In this document: piece by piece, positions 31,001 through 43,500 of the stretch | How the letters are laid out: the number at the start of each line of letters is the position of its first letter | How positions within the stretch are numbered: position 1 is the first letter of the stretch | From: the human T2T-CHM13v2.0 reference genome, Homo sapiens | NCBI RefSeq assembly: GCF_009914755.1 | Contig: NC_060925.1 | DNA: 64,000 nt | Reading direction: 5' to 3' (one strand) | Translations under genes and position numbers: made by a program | The notes under the pieces: model-generated | What the model was told of the DNA's origin: nothing | The model's input: the letters and a program-made list of their open reading frames with translations, nothing else | Database searches by the model: none

Positions 31001-34000
31001 ATGGAATCATCATCAAATGGAATCGAATGGAATCATCATCAAATGGAATCTAATGAAATCATTGAATGGAATTGAATGGAATCGTCATCGAATGAATTGA
31101 ATGCAATCATCGAATGGTCACGAATGGAATCAGCTTCAAATGGAAAGGAATGGAATCATCGCATAGAATCGAATGGAATTATCATTGAATGGACTCGAAT
31201 GGAATCAACATCAAACGGAATCAAACGGAATTATCGAATGGAATCGAAGAGAATCTTTGAATTGCCACGAATGGAATCATCTAATGGAATGGAATGGAAT
31301 AATCCATGGACCCGAATGCAATCATCATCGAATAGAATCGAATGGAATCATCGAATGGACTCGAATGGAATAATCATTGAACGGAATCGAATGAAATCAT
31401 CGTCAAATCGAAACGAATGGAATCATCATCGAATGGAAATGAAAGGAGTCATCATCTAATGGAATCGCATGGAATCATCATCAAATGGAATAGAATGGAA
31501 TCATCATCAAATGGAATCTAATGGAATCATTGAACGGAATTGAATGGAATCGTCATCGAATGAATTGAATGCAATCATCGAATGGTCTCGAATGGAATCA
31601 TCTTCAAATGGAATGGAATGGAATCATCGCATACAATCGAATGGAATTATCATTGAATGGACTCAAATGGAATCAACATCAAACGGAATCAAACGGAATT
31701 ATCGAATGGAATCGAAGAGAATCATCGAATGGACTCGAATGGAATCATCTTATGAAATAGAATGGAATAATCAATGGACTCGAATGCAATCATCATCAAA
31801 TGGAATCGAATGGAATCATCGAATGGACTCGAATGGAATAAACATTGAACGGCATCAAATGGAATCATCATCGGATGGAAACGAATGGAATCATCATCGA
31901 ATGGAATCGAATGGAATCATCCAATGGAATCAGACGGAATCATCATCAAATGGAATCGAATAGAATTATGGAATGAAATCCAATGTGATCATCATCGAAT
32001 GGACTCGAACGGAATCATCATCCAATGGAAACTAATGGAATCATCATCGATTGGAATCGAATGGAAACACCATCGAATTGAAACGAATGGAATAATCATG
32101 ACATTGAAATGGATGGACTCATCATCGAATGGATTCGAATGGAATCATCGAATGAAATTGATTGAAATCATCATCAAATGGAATCGAATGGAATCATTGA
32201 ATGCAATCGAATGGAATCATCACCAGATGGAAATGAATGGAATCATCATAGAATGGAATCGAATGGATTCATTGAATGGAATCAGATGGAATCATCGAAT
32301 GGACGTGAATGGAATCATTGAATGGACACGAATGGAATCATTATTGAATGGAATTGAATGGAATCATCGAATGGTCTCGAATGGAATCATTATCAAATGG
32401 AATCGAATAGAATCACCGAATAGAATCGAATGGAACAATCATCGAATGGACTCAAATGGAATTATCCTCAAATGGAATCGAATGGAATTATCGAATGTAA
32501 TCGAATGGAATTATGGAATGCAATCGAATAGAATCATCGGATGGACTCGAATGGAATCATCGAATGGAATGGAATGGAATAGTCAATGAACACGAATGAA
32601 ATCATCATTGAATGGAATCGAATGGAATCATCAAGTGGAATCGAATGTAATAATGATCAAATGGAATCGAATGTAATCATGATCAAATGGAATCGAATGT
32701 AATCATCATCAAATGGAATCAAAAATAACCATCATCAATTGGTATTGAATGGAATTGTCATCAAATGGAATTCAAGGGAATCATCATCAAATGGAACCGA
32801 ATGGAATCCTCATTGAATGGAAATGAAAGGAGTCATCATCTAATGGAATCGCATGGAATCAATATCAAATGGAATCGAATGGAATCATCATCAAATGGAA
32901 TCTAATGAAATCATTGAATGGAATTGAATGGAATCGTCATCGAATGAATTGAATGCAATCATCGAATGGTCTCGAATGGAATCATCATCAAATGGAATCG
33001 AATGGAATCGTCGAATGGACTCGAATGGAATAAACATTGAACGGCATCAAATGGAAAGGAATGGAATCATCGCATAGAATCGAATGGAATTATCATCGAA
33101 TGGACAAGAATGGAATCAACATCAAACGGAATCAAACGGAATTATCGAATGGAATAGAGGAGAATCTTTGAATGGCCACGAATGGAATCATCTAATGGAA
33201 TGGAATGGAATGGAATAATCCATGGACGCGAATGCAATCATCATCGAATAGAATCGAATGGAATCATCGAATGGACTCGAATGGAATAATCATTGAACGG
33301 AATCGAATGGAATCATCGTCAAATGGAAACGAATGGAATCATCATCGAATGGAAATGAAAGGAGTCATCATCTAATGGAAACGCAAGGAATCATCATAAA
33401 ATGGAATCGAATGGAATCATCATCGAATGGAATCTAATGGAATCATTGAACAGAATTCAATGGAATCGTCATCGAATGAATTGAATGCAATCATGGAATG
33501 GACTCGAATGCAATCATCATCAAATGGAATCGAATGGAATCGTCGAATGGACTCGAATGGAATAAACATTGAATGGCATCAAATGGAATCATCATCGGAT
33601 GGAAACGAATGGAATCATCATCGAATGGAATCGAATGGAATCATCAAATGGAATCAGATGGAATCATCATCAAATGGAATCGAATAGAATTATGGAATGA
33701 AATCCAATGTCATCATCATCGAATGGTCTCGAACGGAATCATCATCCAATGGAAACTAATGGAATCATCATCGAATGGAATCGAATGGAAACACCATCGA
33801 ATTGAAACGAATGGAATTATCATGACATTGAAATGGATGGACTCATCATCGAATGGATTCGAATGGAATCATCGAATGAAATTGATTGAAATCATCATCA
33901 AATGGAATCGAATGGAATCATTGAATGCAATCGAATGGAATCATCACCAGATGGAAATGAATGGAATCATCATAGAATGGAATCGAATGGATTCATTGAA

Positions 34001-37000
34001 TGGAATCAGATGGAATCATCGAATGGACTTGAATGGAATCATTGAATGGACACGAATGGAATCATTATTGAATGGAATTGAATGGAATCATCGAATGGTC
34101 TCGAATGGAATCATTATCAAATGGAATCGAATGGAATCACCGAATAGAATCGAATGGAACAATCATCGAATGGACTCAAATGGAATTATCCTCAAATGGA
34201 ATCGAATGGAATTATCGAATGCAATCGAATGGAATTATGGAATGCAATCGAATAGAATCATCGAATGGACTCGAATGGAATCATCGAATGGAATGGAATG
34301 GAATAGTCAATGAACAAGAATGAAATCATCATTGAATGGAATCGAATGGAATCATCCAGTGGAATCGAATGTAATCATGATCAAATGGAATCGAATGTAA
34401 TCATGATCAAATGGAATCGAATGTAATCATCATCAAATGGAATCAAAAATAACCATCATCAATTGGTATTGAATGGAATTGTCATCAAATGGAATTCAAG
34501 GGAATCATCATCAAATGGAACCAAATGCAATCCTCATTGAATGGAATTGAAAGGAGTCATCATCTAATGGAATTGCATGGAATCATCATCAAATGGAATC
34601 GAATGGAATCATCATCAAATGGAATCTAATGAAATCATTGAATGGAATTGAATGGAATCGTCATCGAATGAATTGAATGCAATCATCGAATGGTCACGAA
34701 TGGAATTATCTTCAAATGGAAAGGAATGGAATCATCGCATAGAATCGAATGGAATTATCATTGAATGGACTCGAATGGAATCAACATCAAACGGAATCAA
34801 ACGGAATTATCGAATGGAATCGAAGAGAATCTTTGAATGGCCACGAATGGAATCATCTAATGGAATGGAATGGAATAATCCATGGACCCGAATGCAATCA
34901 TCATCGAATACAATCGAATGGAATCATCGAATGCACTCGAATGGAATAATCATTGAACGGAATCGAATGAAATCATCGTCAAATCGAAACGATTGGAATC
35001 ATCATCGAATGGAAATGAAAGGAGTCATCATCTAATGGAATCGCATGGAATCATCATCAAATGGAATCGAATGGAATCATCATCGAATGGAATCTAATGG
35101 AATCATTGAACGGAATTGAATGGAATCGTCATCGAATGAATTGAATGCAATCATGAATGGTCTCGAATGGAATCATCTTCAAAAGGAATGGAATGGAATC
35201 ATCGCATACAATCGAATGGAATTATCATTGAATGGACTCAAATAGAATCAACATCAAACGGAATCAAACGGAATTATCGAATGGAATCGAAGAGAATCAT
35301 CGAATGGACTCGAATGGAATCATCTTAAGAAATAGAATGCAATAATCAATGGACTCGAATGCAATCATCATCAAATGGAATCGAATGGAATCGTCGAATG
35401 GACTCGAATGGAATAAACATTGAATGGCATCAAATGGAATCATCTTCGGATGGAAACGAATGGAATCATCATCGAATGTAATCGAATGGAATCATCAAAT
35501 GGAATCAGATGGAATCATCATCAAATGGAATCGAATAGAATTATGGAATGAAATCCAATGTGATCATCATCGAATGGACTCGAACGGAATCATCATCCAA
35601 TGGAAACTAATGGAATCATCATCAATTGGAATCGAATGGAAACACCATCGAATTGAAACGAATGGAATTATCATGACATTGAAATGGATGGACTCATCAT
35701 CGAATGAATTCGAATGGAATCATCGAATGAAATTGATTGAAATCATCATCAAATGGAATCGAATGGAATCATTGAATGCAATCGAATGGAATCATCACCA
35801 GATGGAAATGAATGGAATCATCATAGAATGGGATTGAATGGATTCATTGAATGGAATCAGATGGAATCATCGAATGGACTTGAATGGAATCATTGAATAA
35901 CTCGAATGGAATCATTATTGAATGGAATTGAATGGAATCATAGAATGGTCTCGAATGGAATCATTATCAAATGAAATCGAATGGAATCACCGAATAGAAT
36001 CGAATGGAACAATCATCGAATGGACTCAAATGGAATTACCCTCAAATGGAATCGAATGGAATTCTCGAATGCAATCGAATGGAATTCTCGAATGCAATCG
36101 AATAGAATCATCGAATGGACTCGAAAGGAATCATCTAATGGAATGGAATGGAATAGTTAATGAACACGAATGAAATCATCATTGAATGGAATCGCATGGA
36201 ATCACCGAGTGGAATCGAATGGAATCATGATCAAATGGAATCGAATGTAATCATCATCAAATGGAATCAAAAATAACCATCATCAATTGCTATTGAATGG
36301 AATTGTCATCAAATGGAATTCAAAGGAATCATCATCAAATGGAACCGAATGCAATCCTCATTGAATGGAAATGAAAGGAGTCATCATCTAATGGATTCGC
36401 ATGGAATCATCATCAAATGGAATCGAATGGAATCATCATCAAATGGAATCTAATGAAATCATTGAATGGAATTGAATGGAATCGTCATCGAATGAATTGA
36501 ATGCAATCCTCGAATGGTCTCGAATGGAATCATCTTCAAATGGGAACGAATGGAATCATCACATAAAATCGAATGGAATTATCATTGAATGGACTCGAAT
36601 AGAATCAACATCAAACGGAATCAAACGGTATTATCGAATGGAATCGAAGAGAATCTTCGAAGGGCCACGAATGGAATCATCTAATGGAATGGAATGGAAT
36701 AATCCATGGACCCGAATGCAATCATCATCGAATAGAATCGAATGGAATCATCGAATGGACTCGAATGGAATAATCATTGAACGGAATCGAATGGAATCAT
36801 CGTCGAATGGAAACGAATGGAATCATCATCGAATGGAAATGAAAGGAGTCATCATCTAATGGAATCGCATGGAATCATCATCAAATGGAATCGAATGGAA
36901 TCATCATCCAATGGAATCTAATGGAATCATTGAACGGAAATGAATGGAATCGTCATCGAATGAATTGAATGCAATCATCGAATGGTCTCGAATGGAATCA

Positions 37001-40000
37001 TCTTCAAATGGAATGGAATGGAATCATCGCATAGAATCGAATGGAATTATCATCGAATGGACTCGAATGGAATCAACATCAAACGGAATCATACGGAATT
37101 ATCGAATGGAATCGAAGAGAATCATCGAATGGACTCGAAAGGAATCATCTTATGAAATAGAATGGAATACTCAATGGACTCGAATGCAATCATCATCAAA
37201 TGGAATCGAATGGAATCATCGAATGGACTCGAATGGAATAATCATTGAACGGAATCGAATGGAATCATCGTCGAATGGAAACGAATGGAATCATCATCGA
37301 ATGGAAATGAAAGGAGTCATCATCTAATGGAATCGCATGGAATCATCATCAAATGGAATCGAATGGAATCATCATCGAATGGAATCTAATGGAATCATTG
37401 AACGGAATTGAATGGAATCGTCATCGAATGAATTGAATGCAATCATCGAATGGTCTCGAATGGAATCATCTTCAAATGGAATGGAATGGAATCATCACAT
37501 AGAATCGAATGGAATTATCATCGAATGGACTCGAATGGAATCAACATCAAACGGAATCAAACGGAATTATCGAATGGAATCGAAGAGAATCATCGAATGG
37601 ACTCGAAAGGCATCATCTTATGAAATAGAATGGAATAATCAATGGACTCGAATGCAATCATCATCAAATGGAATCGAATGGAATCGTCGAATGGACTCGA
37701 ATGGAATAAACATGGAACAGCATCGAATGGAATCATCATCGGATGGAAACGAATGGAATCATCATCGAATGGAATCGAATGGAATCATCAAATGGAATCA
37801 GATGTTATCATCACCAAATGGAATCGAATAGAATTATGGAATAAAATCCAATGTGATCATCATCGAATGGACTCGAACGGAATCATCATCCAATGGAAAC
37901 TAATGGAATCAACATCGAATGGAATCGAATGGAAACACCATCGAATTGAAACGAATGGAATTTTCAAGAAATTGAAATGGATGGACTCATCATCGAATGG
38001 ATTCGAATGGAATGATCAAATGAAATTGATTGAAATCATCATCAAATGGAATCGAATGGAATCATTGAATGCAATCGAATGGAATCATCATCAGATGGAA
38101 ATGAATGGAATCATCATAGAATGGAATCGAATGGATTCATTGAATGGAATCAGATGGAATCACCGAATGGTCTTGAATGGAATCTTTAAATGGACTCGAA
38201 TGGAGTCATTATTGAATGGAATTGAGTGGAATCATCGAATGGTCTCGAATGGAATCATTATCAAACGGAATCGAAAGAAATCACCGAATAGAATCGAATG
38301 GAACAATCACCGAAAGGACTCAAATGGAATTATCCTCTAATGGAATCGAATGGAATTATCAAATGCAATCGAATGGAATTACCGAATGCAATCGAATGGA
38401 ATCATCGAATGGACTCGAAAGGAATCATCGAATGGAATGGAATGGAATAGTCAATGAACTCGAATGGAATCATCATTGAATGGAATCGAATGGAATCACC
38501 GAGTGGAATCGAATGCAATCATGATCAAATGGAATCGAATGTAATCATCATCAAATGGAATCAAAAATAACCATCATCAATTGGTGTTGAATGGAATTGT
38601 CATCAAATGGAATTCAAAGGAATCATCATCAAATGGAACCGGATGGAATCCTCATTGAATGGAAATGAATGGAGTCATCATCTAATGGAATCGCATGGAA
38701 TCATCATCAAATGGAATCGAATGGAATCATCATCAAATGAAATCTAATGAAATCATTGAATGGAATTGAATGGAATCCTCATCGAATGAATTGAATGCAA
38801 TCATCGAACGGTCTCGAATGGAATCATCTTCAAATGGAAAGGAATGGAATCATCGCATAGAATCGAATGGAATTATCATCGAATGGACTCGAATGCAATC
38901 AACATCAAACGGAATCAAACGGTATTATCGAATGGAATCGAAGAGAATCTTCGAAGGGCCACGAATGGAATCATCTAATGGAATGGAATGGAATAATCCA
39001 TGGACCCGAATGCAATCATCATCGAATACAATCGAATGGAATCATCGAATGGACTCGAATGAAATAATCATTGAACGGAATCGAATGGAATCATCGTCGA
39101 ATGGAAACGAATGGAATCATCATCGAATGGAAATGAAAGGAGTCATCATCTAATGGAATCGCATTGAATCATCATCAAATGTAATCGATTGGAATCATCA
39201 TCGAATGGAATCTAATGGAATCATTGAACGGAATTGAATGGAATCGTCATCGAATGAATTGAATGCAATCATCGAATGCTCTCGAATGGAATCATCTTCA
39301 AATGGAATGGTATGGAATCATCGCATAGAATCGAATGGAATTATCATCGAATGGACTCGAATGGAATCAACATCAAACGGAATCAAACGGAATTATCGAA
39401 TGGAATCGAAGAGAATCATCGAATGGACTTGAAAGGAATCATCTTATGAAATAGAATGGAATAATCAATGGACACGAATGCAATCATCATCAAATGGAAT
39501 CGAATGGAATCGTCGAATAAACTCGAATGGAATAAACATTGAACGGCATCGAATGGAATCATCATCGGATGGAAACGAATGGAATCATCATCGAATGGAA
39601 TCGAATGGAATCATCAAACGGAATCAGATGGAATCATCACCAAATGGAATCGAATAGTATTATGGAATAAAATCCAATGTGATCAACATCGAATTCACTC
39701 GAACGGAATCATCATCCATTGGAAACTAATGGAATAAACATCGAATGGAATCGAATGGAAACACCATCGAATTGAAACGAATGGAATTATCATGAAATTG
39801 AAATGGATGGACTCATCATCGAATGGATTCGAATGGAATCATCGAATGAAATTGATTGAAATCATCATCAAATGGAATCGAATGGAATCATTGAATGCAA
39901 TCGAATGGAATCATCATCAGATGGAAATGAATGGAATCATCATAGAATGGAATCGAATGGATTCATTGAATGGAATCAGATGGAATCATCGAATGGACTT

Positions 40001-40388
40001 GAATGGAATCATTAAATGGACTCGAATGGAGTCATTATTGAATGGAATTGAGTGGAATCATCGAATGGTCTCCAATGGAATCATTATCAAATGGAATCGA
40101 ATGAAATCACCGAATAGAATCGAATGGAACAATCACCGAAAGGACTCAAATGGAATTATCCTCAAATGGAATCGAATGGAATTATCAAATGCAATCGAAT
40201 GGAATTATCGAATGCAATCGAATAGAATCATCGAATGGACTCGAAAGGAATCATCGAATGGAATGGAATGGAATAGTCAATGAACTCGAATGAAATCATC
40301 ATTGAATGGAATCGAATGGAATCATCGAGTGGAATCGAATGGAATCATGATCAAATGGAATCGAATATAATCATCATCAAATGGAATC
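28073..40388 (+). repeat. Domain 3: HSat2 lineage built on a ~1826-bp two-module unit
   Basis: Landmark at 28073, 30869, 32721, 34445, 36269, 38563 and 40389 (spacings 2796, 1852, 1724, 1824, 2294, 1826). Characteristic markers: GAGAATCTTTGAATGGCCACG or GAGAATCTTCGAAGGGCCACG, TGGACCCG, ATCTTATGAAATAG, AATAAACATTGAACGGCATC, CTAATGAAATC and ATGACATTGAAATGG (the last only at 29-35.7 kb). Confidence 0.8.
36476..37880 (+). repeat. Three tandem copies of a 468-bp HSat2 sub-module
   Basis: Homologous ATGGAATCGTCATCGAATGAATTG starts at 36476, 36944 and 37412 (offsets 468, 468). The third copy exits into the remainder of the unit. Confidence 0.85.
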
Positions 40389-40570
40389 AAAAATAACCAT
40401 CATCAATTGGTATTGAATGGAATTGTCATCAAACGGAATTCAAAGGAATCATCATCAAATGGAACCGAATGGAATCCTCATTGAATGGAAATGAAAGGAG
40501 TCATCATCTAATGGAATCGCTTGGAATCATCATCAAATGGAATCGAATGGAATCATCATCAAATGGAATC

Positions 40571-40581
40571 TAATGGAATCA
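40571..40581 (+). promoter_or_regulatory. Representative DUX4-consensus match TAATGGAATCA (recurs about twice per unit; second type at 41085-41095)
   Basis: Seen: TAATGGAATCA fits the DUX4 consensus TAAYBBAATCA. Established: DUX4 binds and activates transcription of HSATII. Occupancy at this particular array is not shown by the sequence. Confidence 0.45.
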
Positions 40582-43500
40582 TTGAACGGAATTGAATGGA
40601 ATCGTCATCGAATGAATTGAATGCAATCAACGAATGGTCTCGAATGGAACCATCTCCAAATGGAATGGAATGGAATCATCGCATAGAATCGAATGGAATT
40701 ATCATCGAATGGACTCGAATGGAATCAACATCAAACGGAATCAAACGGAATTATCGAATGGAATCGAAGAGAATCATCGAACGGACTCGAATGGAATCAT
40801 CTAATGGAATGGAGTGGAAGAATCCATGGACTCGAATGCAATCATCATCGAATGGAATCGAATGGAATCATCGAATGGACTCGAATGGAATAATCATTGA
40901 ACGGAATCGAATGGAGTCATCATCGGATGGAAACGAATGGAATCATCATCGAATGGAATCGAATGGGATCATCAAATGGAATCAGATGGAATCATCATCA
41001 AATGGAATCGAATAGAATTATGGAATGAAATCCAATGTGATCATCATTGAATGGACTCGAATGGAATCATCATCCAATGGAAACTAATGGAATCAACATC
41101 GAATGGAATCGAATGGAAACACCATCGAATTGAAACGAATGGAATTATCATGAAATAGAAATGGATGGACTCATCATCGAATGGATTCGAATGGAATCAT
41201 CGAATGAAATTGATTGAAATCATCATCAAATGGAATCGAAAGGAATCATTGAATGGAATTGAATGGAATCATCATCAGATGGAAATGAATGGAATCATCA
41301 TAGAATGGAATCGCATGGATTCATTGAATGGAATCAGATGGAATCATCGAATGGACTTGAATGGAATCGTTGAATGGACTCGAATGGAATCATTATTGAA
41401 TGGAATTGAATAGAATCATCGAATGGTCTCGAATGGAATCATTATCAAATGAAGTCGAATGGAATCACCGAATAGAATCGAATGGAACAATCATCGAATG
41501 GACTCAAATGGAATTATCCTCAAATGGAATCAAATGGATTTATCGAATGCAATCGAATGGAATTATCGAATGCAATCGAATAGAATCATCGAATGGACTC
41601 GAATGGAATCATCGAATGGAATGCAATGGATTAATCCATGGACTCGAATTCAATCACCATCGAATACAATCGAATGGAGTCCTCGAATCGACTCAAATGG
41701 AATAATCATTGAATGGAATCGAATGGAATCATCGAGTGGAATCGAATGGAATCATGATCAAATGGAATCGAATGTAATCATCATCAAATGGAATCTAAAA
41801 TAACCATCATCAATTGGTATTGAATGGAATTGTCATCAAATGGAATTCAAAGGAATCATCATCAAATGGAACCGAATGGAATCCTCATTGAATGGAAATG
41901 AAAGGAGTCATCATCTAATGGAATCGCATGGAATCATCATCAAATGGAATCGAATGGAATCATCATCAAATGGAATCTAATGGAATCATTGAACGGAATT
42001 GAATGGAATCGTCATCGAATGAATTGAATGCAATCAACGAATGGTCTCGAAAGGAACCACCTCCAAAAGAAATGGAATGGAATCATCGCAAAGAATCGAA
42101 TGGAATTATCATCGAATGGACTCGAATGGAATCAACATCAAACGGAATCAAACGGAATTATCGAATGGAATCGAAGAGAATCATCGAATGGACTCGAATG
42201 GAATCATCTAATGGAATGGAATGGAAGAATCCATGGACTCGAATGCAATCATCAGCGAATGGAATCGAATGGAATCATCGAATGGACTCGAATGGAATAA
42301 TCATTGAATGGAATCGAATGGAATCATCATCGGATGGAAACGAATGGAATCATCAAATGGAATCAGATGGAATCATCATCAAATGGAATCGAATAGAATT
42401 ATGGAATGAAATCCATTGTGATCATCATCGAATGGACTCGAATGGAATCATCATCCAATGGAAACTAATGGAATCAACATCGAATGGAATCGAATGGAAA
42501 CACCATCGAATTGAAACGAATGTAATTATCATGAAATTGAAATGGATGGACTCATCAACGAATAGATTCGAATGGAATCATCGAATGAAATTGATTGAAA
42601 TCATCATCAAATGGAATCGAATGGAATCATTGAATGGAATCGAATGGAATCATCATCAGATGGAAATGAATGGAATCATCATAGAATGGAATCGAATGGA
42701 TTCATTGAATGGAATCAGATGTAATCATCGAATGGACTCGAATGGAATCATCGAATGGAATGCAATGGATTAATTCATGGACTCGAATTCAATCACCATC
42801 GAATACAATCGAATGGAGTCCTCGAATCGACTCAAATGGAATAATCATTGAATGGAATCGAATGGAATCATCGAGTGGAATCGAATGGAATCATGATCAA
42901 ATGGAATTGAATGTAATCATCATCAAATGGAATCTAAAATAACCATCATCAATTGGTATTGAATGGAATTGTCATCAAATGGAATTCAAAGGAATCATCA
43001 TCAAATGGAACCGAATGGAATCCTCATTGAATGGAAATGAAAGGAGTCATCATCTAATGGAATCGCATGGAATCATCATCAAATGGAATCGAATGGAATC
43101 ATCATCAAATGGAATCTAATGGAATCATTGAACGGAATTGAATGGAATCGTCATCGAATGAATTGAATGCAATCAACGAATGGTCTCGAATGGAACCATC
43201 TCCAAATGGAATGGAATGGAATCATCGCATAGAATCGAATGGAATTATCATCAAATGGACTCGAATGGAATCAACATCAAACGGAATCAAACGGAATTAT
43301 CGAATGGAATCGAAGAGAATCATCGAACGGACTCGAATGGAATCATCTAATGGAATGGAATGGAAGAATCCATGGACTCGAATGCAATCATCATCGAATG
43401 GAATCGAATGGAATCATCGAATGGACTCGAATGGAATAATCATTGAACGGAATCGAATGGAATCATCATCGGATGGAAACGAATGGAATCATCATCGAAT

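Noticed and set aside
40804-40822. GGAATG (TEAD/M-CAT) and nGAAn (HSF1) motif matches in the short GGAAT runs
   Set aside because: These are an inevitable consequence of the pentamer. The GAA units are direct rather than alternating inverted repeats, and TEAD-type sites are sparse compared with HSat3, so there is no locus-specific support.
41205-41225. TGATTGAAATCA inverted half-sites once per unit
   Set aside because: The arms are only 5 bp, too short for a stable structure, and the spacing does not fit the DUX4 consensus.
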